The notes under the pieces: generated by a model
What the model saw: only the letters and a program-made list of their open reading frames with translations
Databases searched by the model: none
Told to the model about the DNA's origin: nothing
Program-made: the position numbers and the translations under genes
Shown here: positions 49,661 through 60,314 of the stretch, piece by piece
Numbering within the stretch: the first letter of the stretch is position 1
How the letters are laid out: the number at the start of each line of letters is the position of its first letter
Origin: Malacoraja senta
Taxonomy: Eukaryota
Length of the DNA stretch: 64,000 nucleotides
Direction: 5' to 3'
Assembly (NCBI GenBank): GCA_038087875.1
Contig: CM075989.1
Location: 18,168,001 to 18,232,000, forward strand

Positions 49661-50429
49661 TGAAAGCGCTGTAAGGCAGCAACTCTACCGCTGTGCCACC
49701 ATGCCGTCCTTTTCAGGACCGCTCTCTAGTTGCAGATAGAATGGGTCAGTTGCTTTTACATTCACCTGAGCAGCACCTTGCCTGGCTAACACTTGCCATC
49801 CCACACCCCAATGCACAGCACCAAGACCCCTTGTAACGAGCCTTCGGCCATCTTGTCATGTCCCACTCCCTCCTAAACCTCCCCCCCCCCCCCCCCCCCC
49901 CCCCCCCCTCTAATCTGTCCAAGGCTTGAAGGTCATCTGAGATTACGGCCCAGGATTTGCAGCTGTGAGCTCAGATATATGGACACCCTCCAGCTCTGAA
50001 ACTCTGTTGCGGCAAAGCCCATGATGTTGGACGTTGGACAGGATGCAGGCCGGGTACTATGCAGCGGATTCAGTGGACTGATCAGTCATGAATGTCGAGG
50101 CAGCGGTCTCAGCGCTGGGCACATGATCAATGGGGAAAGCTTCAAGTACTGACAGCAATACCCGACTGCTTTGCTGGTTCCAGAGTCGCAGACTTTGCAG
50201 ATGCGTTCACCGCAGAACCAGCCGTCAGATGTGCGACTTAACACTGGGCACGGTATTTGCTTGCAAAGTCTACTGGAAATACTAAATCATTTTCATTGGG
50301 TTTACCAGGACATAAATTAATGCTGAACAGCTTCTTTGATCTTAAAAAAATAATGTACAGTCAACCACTCAATACTACAGTTAATAATTCTTCAGCTTTG
50401 AAAATTAAAGGTCTATTTTTCTTTCATAA

Positions 50430-50930
50430 GTTCCTAAGTCATAAGAGCAGAATTAGGCCATTCGGACCATCGTCTACTCCATCATTCAATCATGGCTGAT
50501 CTATCTTTCCCGCTCAACCCCATTCTCCTGCCGTCTTCCATTAATCCCCTGACACCCATACTAATCAAGAATCTGAAGAAGGGTTTCGGCCCGAAACGTT
50601 GCCTATTTCCTTCGCTCCATAGATGCTGCTGCACCCGCTGAGTTTCTCCACCACTTTTGTCTACCTTCGATTTTCCAGCATCTGCAGTTCCTTCTTAAAC
50701 ACTAATCAAGAATCTATCCACCTCCACCTTAAAAATATCCATTGACTTGACCTCCACAGCCTTCTGTGGCAATGAATTCCACAGATTCACCACCCTCCGA
50801 CTAAAGAATTGCCTCCTCATCTCCTTTCTTAAGGTATGTCCTTTTATTTTGAGGCTATAGCCTCTGGTCCTAGACTCTCCCACTAGTGGAACCATCCTCC
50901 CCACATCCACTCTATCCAGGCCTTTCATTC
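50430..50930 (-). mobile_element. CR1/HER1-like LINE 3' end interrupted by a PLE mini-insertion
   Basis: MKGLDRVDVGRMVPLVGESRTRGYSLKIKG...FFSRRVVNLWNSLPQKAVE. Confidence 0.85.
50573..50700 (+). mobile_element. PLE-derived mini-insertion starting at a hammerhead core
   Basis: CTGAAGA-A-GGGT-TTCG-GCCC-GAAA-CGTT; ACTAATCAAGAATCT repeated at 50560-50574 and 50701-50715. Confidence 0.8.
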
Positions 50931-51504
50931 CATTCCAACCCTATAACATCGTGATGTACGGGTTGCATCAAGGCAGAGACAGATAGAATCTTGATTAGTA
51001 CGGGTGTCAGGGGTTATGGGGAGAATGGGATTGGGAGGGAGGGATAGATCAGCCGTGACTGAAGACTTGATGGGCTGAATGGCCTAATTCTGCTCCTGTC
51101 ACTTATGACCTTATGACCATCACAGCCTGGCTCAGCAACATGAACGACCTGGAACGAGGGAGACTACAGAGAGTGGACAACACTGCCCAGTCCATCACGG
51201 CTACTGATCTGCCCACCATCGAAGGCGCTGTCTCAAAAACACACAAGAAGCGAATAAAGGCATAAGAAGTGAATTGAATGATGGATGCTATGGGTGCAGA
51301 ACAACGGGTGTAGCATTCAAAAGTGACCAATCTATACACTGAACGTGAAGTGTCTTGGGACTTTTCCAAGGACATGATAAGATAACATATGTGTGTGCAT
51401 GTCTCCCATCTTCGAGGTACAAAGATACATTTCCTTGTTGAAATTAGTGTGAGAGTGAATATTTTAACAAATCACCATCACAAACCATGAAGCCAAAGTA
51501 CCCA

Positions 51505-52765
51505 AAGCAGAGGAACAGCACTCCATCTTCTGCGTGGGTCACTTACGACCCAACGGTGTGAAGATTGATGTGTAAGAAGGAACTGCAGATGATGGTTTAC
51601 ACCGAAGATAAAGACAAAATGCTGGAGTAACGCAGTGGGTCAGACAGCATCTCTGGAGAAAAAGAATTAGTAATGTTTCGGGTCAAAACCCTTCCTCAGA
51701 CTGAAAGTAGAGGTAGGGGAGGTGGGGGGGGGAGGTAGGGGAGGTGGGGGGGGGAGGTAGGGGAGGTGGGGGGGGGGATGGGGGGGCAGGGATAAAATGG
51801 AGGTGAAAAAAGTCAACAAGTCAGCGTCGGCAACAGATTATTTCAGGAAGGGTGGAGCCCATAATGACCAGGCCAAACGCAAATTGGTGGAACAGCACCT
51901 TATATTTCGCTTGGGCAGCTTGCAACCCAGGGATATCCATATTGATTTCTCTAACCTCAAGTAAGCCTTGCATCCCCTCTCTCTCCATCCCTCTCCCACC
52001 CATGTCATTATAGCTTCAAAGTCGACCTAAACCTAAAGCCGTGGTCTCCGGTGGGGAAGAGCCGACTCTGGACTTTACCTGGACTTTTACCTTGTCTGTA
52101 CATCTGGACGCCCGCAGCGACGGCTGCCGAGGGTTGAGGTCCCGACCACGGGGGGAAAAGGAGGACTGGCCAAATTTTGTGCCTTCCACCACAGTGATGA
52201 ATGCTGTGGTGGGTGTTTGTGTTAAATTTTTATTGTGTTTTTGTGTGTTCTTTATCATTGTACCGCTGCTGGCAAATTCATTTCACTTGCACCTTATGTG
52301 ACGAATAAAACCGTATTGTATTGTATTGTCTTGTTGAGTCTCATGGACCGTAACTGATTTTCACCTGGCCCACAGCTAACAATGGCCTGTTTCCTTCATC
52401 ATCGTTACTTTTTTGCATATCTTTCATTCATTTGTTCTATATCTCTCTATATTAACGTCTATATCTCTCTTTTCCCTTTCCCGAGGCTCTAAGTCTGAAG
52501 AAGGGTCTCCACCCAAAACGTCATCTGTTCCTTTTCTCCAGAGATGCTGTCAGACCCGCTGAGTTACTCCAGCTTTTTGTGTCTACCTTCGGTTTAAACC
52601 AGCATCCGCAGTTCCCTCCTACCTATAAATGGCCCATTGTTGGCTGGGGAAGAGGTGATGTCAAGAGGGGTACAAGGATGTGAACATTGGAACAGGTAGG
52701 TCGACTTGGGTGGGGGAAGAGGGGAGGGAGAGAGGGGAAGGGAGGAAATACAGGGGTTACTTGAA
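51505..52765. mobile_element. Composite Penelope-like insertion (GIY-YIG tails and terminal repeats in alternating orientation), with a nested insert at ~52024-52327
   Basis: AKRKLVEQHLIFRLGSLQPRDIHIDFSNLK* at ~51870-51965; terminal repeats at ~51570-51700 (-) and ~52495-52620 (+). Confidence 0.75.
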
Positions 52766-53095
52766 ACTAGCTGGCAGTCTATGCATTAATTCCAGCAGCA
52801 TTTACTGCTCCTATAAATGTATTTATGGTTTGTACACAGACGCATCTTTCACTGCATTCTAATGTGTTTCTTCACATTATTGTTGTTGCTACAATTATCA
52901 CCGCTATCTCTAATAACGAGCTGAATGGCTTAAAGGAAATCACATTCCCTGAAACCAGGCTGTTTCCCACGAGAGGATATTGCTATTTGCAGTAGCCCAC
53001 AGCCTCTGTGTTAAATGTTTGTAGGTTGGGACCTATCCCTGGGACTTATTGAACCAAAGGCAGCAAGGTGGTGCAGCAGTAGAGCTGCTGCCTTA

Positions 53096-53297
53096 AGGGT
53101 CTGTCCCACTTGGGCGTTATTTGTGCATCATTTATGCGACATCCTAAAAATTGTTTGGCGCGCATGGCGTGTGGTGAGGCGTGGTGGCGTATGCAGTGAT
53201 GCGCGGTAGCGCGCGGCCCCCCAGGATTTTGGGATGCTCAAAATCCTCGCGCGCCACCTGCATGACGCGCAAATGACGCCCAAGTGGGACAGGTCCT
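53096..53297. mobile_element. PIF/Harbinger-type MITE (internal type C) in a SINE head
   Basis: TIRs AGGGTCTGTCCCACTTGGGCG / CGCCCAAGTGGGACAGGTCCT; TTA at 53093-53095 and 53298-53300. Confidence 0.88.
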
Positions 53298-53326
53298 TTA
53301 CGGTGCCCAAGACCCGGGTTCGGTCC

Positions 53327-53628
53327 AAGGGGCCATAGTTTAAAATAAGGGGTAAGTCATTTAGAACGGAGATGAGGAGAAACTTTTTCACAAAGAGGAT
53401 TGAGAATCTGTGGAATTCTCTGCCTCAGAAGGCAGTGGAGGCCAATTCTCTGGAGGCTTTCAAGAGTTAGGTAGAGCTCTTAAAGATAGAGGAGTCGAGG
53501 GATATGGGGAGAAGGCAGGAACGGGGTACTGATTGTGGATGTTCAGCCATGATCACAGTGAATGGCGGTGCTGGCTCGAAGGGCCGAATGGCCTACTTCT
53601 GCACCTATTGTCTATTGTCTATTGTCTA
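53327..53628 (+). mobile_element. CR1/HER1-like 3' end nested in the same SINE (~53058-53870)
   Basis: Same subfamily as 3590-3878; (CTATTGT)n tail; SINE resumes after it. Confidence 0.8.
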
Positions 53629-54499
53629 TATAGGTGCTGTCTGTACGGAGTTTGTACGTTCTCCCCATGACCCGCGTGGGGTTTCTCCAAGATCTTATGT
53701 TTTCTCCCACACTTCAAAGATGCGCATGTTTGTAGGTTAATTGGCTTGGTATAAATGTAAAATGGTCCCTGGTGTTTGAAGGATAGTGTTGGTGTGCGGG
53801 GATTGCTGGTAGGCGCGGACTCGGTGGGCCGAAGGGCCTGTTTCTGTAAACTAACTTAAACTAAACTGAACGGTTGCATTTCACTGATTGTACGTAAGCG
53901 GGTAGTTGCTTCCCATCATCATGCTGACATGGGGGGGGGAGGTGATGAATGGGGTCTCGCACAGCCCTGGGACCACGGAGAGTTTGGTCTTCAACACCCC
54001 CTCTCCGTGATGTGAATCGGGTCGTGAACGAGAGGCCTCAATGCTCTGCACATTTAAGAAGCACCTTGGCAGCCTCTTCTATCCCCGAGGCCTGAATCTA
54101 ATAACTGGGATTATAAACATGGGTGCAATGGTCAGCACGGATGTGGTGGACCGAAGGGCCTCTTTCTGTGCTGTTCACCGCTGACTCTGTGAGAACTGAA
54201 AACCAGCAGGTTACTGGTGGCTGCGGGTTTGTGCTGGAATCAATTGCAATTTCAAAAGGTTCTTTGAAGTAGTTGGAGGAGTCGCAATAGGTTGTAAGAT
54301 TCTTTAACTTATCATTCATGGCGCATACATTTCCAGACTTCAAAGATTTAGAGAGACGGGAGTGTGACTGTAGGGAATGGGACTCACGTGGCCTGTGAGA
54401 GGGCAGTGTGTTACAGCCAACTTCCTAATAAACTGAGTAGATGTATTTTTCTGCAAGACAAGAAATATTGATTGGAATGCAAGTTTAGTTTTTTTTTAA

Positions 54500-54781
54500 G
54501 TTTAGTTTAGAGAGACAGTGCGGTCCACTGAGTCCGCGCCGACCAGCGATCCCCGCACACTATCTACACAATAGGGACAATTTACAATCTTACCGAAGCC
54601 AATTAACCAACAAACCTGCACGTCTTTGGAATGTGGATGGAATCCAGAGCACCTGGAGTAAACCCACGTGGTCACAGGGAGAACGTACAAACTCCATACA
54701 GACAGCACCCGTAGTCAGGATTGAACCCGGGTCTCTGTCGCTGTAAGGCAGCAACTCTACCGCTGCACCACCGTGCCACCC
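54500..54781 (-). mobile_element. HE1-like V-SINE
   Basis: Reverse complement of the SINE family. Confidence 0.85.
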
Positions 54782-55739
54782 TTAGGTCTATTGCTATTAC
54801 TCTTCATTTACCTGGAATGATGCTGGGCAAATGACTGGAAGCCGCTGCACGGCACAACACAAGCTTTTAGTTTACAAAAGGGACAGATTAATCGGGGACC
54901 GTCGGCATGGAGTTGTTAAGAGAAGCTCATGTCTGAGCAGTCCGAGTGAATTCTGTGAGGAGAGAACAAGGAAGATTGACGCAAGATTGACGGTGCATTT
55001 GACGCAATCTATATGGATTTGTAAACGGCTTTCGACAAGATCCCTGTGGCAGATTGGTCAAGAAGGTGAAAGCCTGTGGGATTCAGGGGAGAGGGCCAAA
55101 TTGGATTCAAAATTGCTTCATTGATAGGAAGCAGTGTCTTTGTGACTCTGTTTTTGACTCAGTATTGTGCAGTACCTAATCTCTCATTTTAAAATTGTTT
55201 CATGATTCAAACTTAAATATAAATGATGTAATAAAGAGCTTTCCAGCTGGCACAATAATCTGCTTTGGAGGCTGACCATAAGGAGGTTATGTATAAATAT
55301 GGATGGTTTAGTTAGTTGGGAAGAAAGAAGGCAAATGGAATTGAATCCAGGGGAGTGTGGAGAGATGTGTAAGGCAAGGGAATATACTACCAATGGGAAA
55401 GAAATGAATCTCATGGAGTAACAGAGATATTGGATTGTATATACATAAATCCTTAAAGGTAGCAGGACATGTCGATAAGGAGGTGAAAAAAGGCTCCCTG
55501 AAAACCATCCTTTACTAACTGGACGACACAGTGGCGCAGTGGCAGAGTTGCTGACTTACAGCACCAGAAACCAATGTTCAGTCCTGACTATGCGTGCTGT
55601 CTACATGGAGTTTTCTCGTACTCCCTGTGACCGCATACATTTTCTCCGGCTGCTCTGGTTTCCTCCCACACTCCAAAGACGTAAAGGTTTATAATTGGCT
55701 TTGGTAAAGATTGTAAATTGTCCCTAGTATGTAGGATAG

Positions 55740-56046
55740 CTCCCCGTTGGATTGCAACCTTGTCGTGGTCGGGGAGCTTGTGTGTCTCAGTGACCCCTAG
55801 AGCTATGCCAGCGGGAGATTTGTCTCCTGTTAGGGTCTCCCATGCTGGACAGGTCGAAGGGTAGAGGCGAGACGAAGAGCGATCCACTGGTCCTCCAGGT
55901 TGGAGGTTGAGCACAGGGCTAACAACCCTGTCTCGTAAAACAAATATGTTATGGAAACAGCAACTGAAGGAATCAACACTACTGAGTGGAGGACCTTCGT
56001 TGCTGCCCTACATGCCAGGAGGCATAATAGGCAATGGGTGGGGGTG
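55740..56046 (+). mobile_element. Bipartite non-autonomous RTE-clade retroposon (5' UTR fused to 3' end) inserted in a SINE
   Basis: RTE/Expander-type 5' motifs CCTTGTCGTGG...GAGCTATG...TAGGGTCTCCCA...CAGGTC; 3' WRTFVAALHARRH; TSD GTATGTAGGATAG / GTATTTAGGATAG (55727-55739, 56047-56059). Confidence 0.8.
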
Positions 56047-57849
56047 GTATTTAGGATAGTGTTAGTGTACGGAGTGATTGCTGGTCGTCAAGGACTGCTT
56101 CCGCACTGGATCTTGAAACTAAACTATGAACTAAAAACTGAGGCACAGAATACGAAGGTAGATTAGATACGCTGGAACGGTAAACTACTCCACACCATAG
56201 CTTGAGTTGCGAGTGCAGTTCTGATCACCACGTTATCAGAGAGATATGACTGCCCCAGACAGAAAGCAGAAAAGATTTACGAGGATGCAGTCAGGGATGA
56301 AAAAATTGCATCTGTGAGGAAAGATTGGATAAGCTGGGGTTGTTTTAATTGGAGAAACAAGGAATTGGCAGATGCTGGTTTACACTGGAGTGATGCAGTG
56401 TTTAAGAAAGAACTGCAGATGCTGGAAAAACCGAAGGTGGACAAAAATGCTGGAGAAACTCTGCGGGTGAGGCAGCATCTATGGAGCGAAGGAATAAGTG
56501 ATGCTTCGGGTCGAGACCCAACCTGAATCGTCACCTATCCATATTCTCCAGAGGTGCTACTTGACCCGCTGAGGTACTCCAGCACTTGTTTTTTTTTTAG
56601 ATCAGTGTTTTTCCCAGGTGCTCCGGTTTCCTCCCACACTCCAAAGATGTACAGGTTTGTAGGTTAATTGGCTTCAGTAAAAATTGTAAATTGTCTCTAA
56701 TGTGTAGGATGGTGCTAGTGTATGGGTCGATCGCTGGTCGGCGCAGACGTGCTGGGCCGAAGGGCCTGTTTCTCCAAAAACTAAGTGTGGACACAATGGG
56801 TTAAACAGTCTGTTTCTGCATCTATGTTTTTCTGAGTTTCTACAAAGCTACCGTGGGTGAAAGCATTGAGCCCGTCTATAGCTCTTTGTTAGTGACAAAT
56901 AAAGCTTTCTGTGCAGCTGGCTACCCGACCATCCAGTAGCGTGACTTCTCAGACCAGAACACACACTTGCTGTATTCAGCAGATATATCGGTGATACACA
57001 GACCCATGAAACACCTACACCATTAGTGCCGAGCATTCATTACTTTTACTGTATCTTGCAATCTCCCATTCTTTGTTCCAAAGAATACCATCTGTCCAAC
57101 AGATAAACAAAGTGCTTGACGGATGAGGATTCCCCCGTGGGTTTCGGTGGGACCGGGTGAGATTAAAGATGACATTGATGACCTCTCTGGCCATGGACCA
57201 TGCACCACCGCCGGCCAATGCCATTTAGCTTTAGTTTTACTTTTAGAGATACAGCGTGGGAACAGGCCTTCGGCCCACCAGATCCGCGCCCACCAACGAC
57301 CACCCTGTGCACTAGTTCGATCCTACAATAGACACAACACACACAAAAAGCTGGAGAAACTCAGCCTGGTTTAAATCAAAGATAGACACAAAAAGCTGGA
57401 GCAACTCAGCGGGACAGGCAGCATCTCTGGAGAGAAGGAATGGGTGACGTTTTAGGGTCGAGACCCTTAATTCAGACTTCAGGTCTAAAGAAGGGTCTCG
57501 AGTTGAAACGTCGTCCATTCTTTCTCTCCAGAGATGCCGCCTGAGTTGCTCCAGCATTTTGTGTCTATCTTTGATTTAACCAGCATCTGCAGTTCCTTCC
57601 CTCACAGTTCTATCCCACACTCTAGAGGCAATTAGCCTACAAACCTGTGCGTCTTTGGAATGTGGGAGGAAACTGGGAGAACGTGCAAACTCCATACCGA
57701 CAGCACCCGTAGTCAGGATCAAACCCGGGTCTCCGTTGCTATGGGGCAGCAGCTCTACCAACTGCGCCACTGTGTGTCATCACGGGCCAGGTGATAGGCC
57801 TCAGCTATAGACTGCACTGGTGATATTTCCCTTGGTTCTTGGTTTCTTG

Positions 57850-58300
57850 GTCCTCCAAAATATTCCAAATGGAATTTAAACTGGAGGTGGTGGAGGGAGG
57901 ACTTAAGCCAGAAAGGGTTTTTGGGAAGAAAGAGCTACCATAAATGTAGTTGTATCTGGTTGGGTAACTATGGTAGGGTGGAGATTATTCCATGCTGTAA
58001 TTGTGCTGGGGAAGAACGAATTGCAGTACACATCTGTCTTGGTAGCTGGAATCTCAAATTGGATCGAATGCCCTCGTCTGCTCCTAGTTGGTTTGGGTTT
58101 GGTGTAGGTCTTGTCATCTATGTCGAGCTGACCATTTAACATTTTGTAAAAACAGGTCAAACGGTGAGCTTCACGTCTGTCTTGGAGAGGGTGTCCACCC
58201 CAGAGAATTCAGAAGTTTGGTAACACCTGCTTCTCTCTCATAGGTGTTAGTAACAAATTGAGCTGCCTGTCTTTGGACACGTTTGGACACTTCCTGCCAT
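57850..58300 (-). mobile_element. CR1-group LINE fragment of a lineage distinct from HER1
   Basis: VQRQAAQFVTNTYEREAGVTKLLNSLGW...TCFYKMLNGQLDI...RRGHSIQFEIPATKTDVYCNSFFPSTITAWNNL. Confidence 0.75.
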
Positions 58301-58924
58301 TGCTCGATGGTCTGCACCTGGCTGGTACTTTGAATATACTCTGCCTCTACTCTAATATACATGTATGCATGTGCTCTCCTGCCAAATACAGTACATGTAA
58401 ACACATGTACACAGTAAATGGCAGGAAGCTTAGGGACACTGATGTTCAGAGGGATCTTGGGTCCAGGTCCATAGCTGATTGTAAGGGGCAACACAAGACA
58501 AGCGAGTGATAAAGTATATGGTACAGGTTCAGGTGTTGCGTGTACGAGGCAGGAAGTCGTAACGCAGCCTTATAGGACTTTGGTTCAGCTGTGTTTGGAG
58601 TATTGCGTGCAGTTCTAATCACTCCATTACAGGAAGGATGTGCATGCTTTGCAGATGAGGTTCTCATGGATGTTGACTGGATTAGAGAGCACGAACTGTA
58701 AAGAGAGTTTGGATAAGAAAGGATTGTTTTCTCTGAAACATCCGAGGCTCAGTGAGAACGATATGAAATTATGAGACTTAAAGATATTGAAAACAATCTC
58801 CTCTCTTGCATCTCTCAATAACCTGGGATAAATCTTATCAGGTCTTGGGGCTTTATCCTCCTTAACGTCCTTCAAGAGTCCAAAACATCCTCCTTCTTGA
58901 TCTCAAACTGCCCTTGCATAGTAA

Positions 58925-59235
58925 CAGCAGCACGGTGGCGCAGCGGGAGAGGTGCCTCCTTACAGCGCCAGAGACCCGGGATCGATCCCGTTTACGGGTG
59001 CTGTCTGTACGGAGTTTGTACGTTCTTCCTGTGACCCGCGTGGGTTTTCTCCGAGATCTCTGGTTTCCTCCCACGCTCCAAAGACGTACAGGTTTGTCGG
59101 TTAATTGGCTTGATATCGTTGTAAATTGTCCCTGGTACGTGTAGGACAGTGTTAGAGTGCCGGGATCGCTGGCCGGCACGGACTCGGTGGGCCGAAGGGC
59201 CTGTTTCGCGCTGTATCTCTATAAACTAAAGTAAA
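58925..59235 (+). mobile_element. HE1-like V-SINE
   Basis: Matches the SINE family. Confidence 0.85.
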
Positions 59236-59944
59236 AACCGACATAAATCCCATCCGCTCTTTGAGATTTATCCACCTTGGCGAACTTCCAGAGTCCAAAA
59301 ACCTCCACAATCACAAACTGCCCTTGCATGGTATTACTCTCCGTACACTCGGTTCATCACATATAACCCTGCCTGCTATCCATGTCAGTGATTACAGTGG
59401 TTTTCCTTCAAAGCTCCCTGTTTATTGAGCTGTTTGGTTGCAGGTTTGCACAGGGTAACCAGAAGGTCGCAGAATGTTGAACGTGAGTAATCGCCTCACT
59501 TTTTGCTTTGCCAATTAATTAGTCTCTCGTGCACTTATCATTAACTTTACTTCCCTCTCTGTGGAGCCTGAGAGAACTCCCATCCCCTGTTCCACGCGTA
59601 AACAAATGCTCCCATTCCTGCTTTCCATTAACGTGACACAGATTTATATTTACCCCTTCTCATAACATGTTCAAATTCAGGGAAATATTGGCCTTTGTCA
59701 CTTTGTTCATGAAATGAAGACTGTTTAATCTAAGTGAAATATTCATTGGCTTTAACAAACTAACAACTTAGAAGATGTAAACTAAGAAACCTGGGACTGC
59801 ATTAACACTAAATAAACAAGGCAGGCATTGATGATGAAACACCAGCAACATTAGTGTTTGTGTTTAGCGTTCTCTGTTGCCTGGGACCTCCTGGTACACT
59901 CATACCTGGGGGTCCAGTGCGTTTGCCACTGCTCAGTTTTGTTT

Positions 59945-60237
59945 TTATAGTTTAGAGATACAGCGCAGAGACAAGCCCTTCGGCCCACCGAGTTCACACC
60001 GACCAGCGATCCCCCCTACGCTAACACTATGCTGCACACACTAGGGACAATTTATAATTTTACCAAGCCAATTAGCCTACGAACCCGCACGTCTTTGGAG
60101 TGTGGGTGGAAACCGGGGCACCTGGAGAAAACCCACGCAGATCACAGGGCGAACGTACAGACAGCAGCCGTGGTCAGGATGGAACCCGGGTCTCCGGTGC
60201 TGTAAGGCAACGGTTCCACCGCTGTACCACCGTGCCG
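59945..60237 (-). mobile_element. HE1-like V-SINE
   Basis: Reverse complement of the SINE family. Confidence 0.85.
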
Positions 60238-60314
60238 AACTTGGTGGCACCCCGCTCCGAATCAGTTCGAGCCTTCCACCTCCCAATCTAAAGATCTGAG
60301 CATTAAATCACTTT

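Noticed and set aside
59444..59482. 39-bp + strand exon candidate (TTGCAG...AAC|GTGAGT)
   Set aside because: Too short to distinguish from chance; no recognisable peptide.
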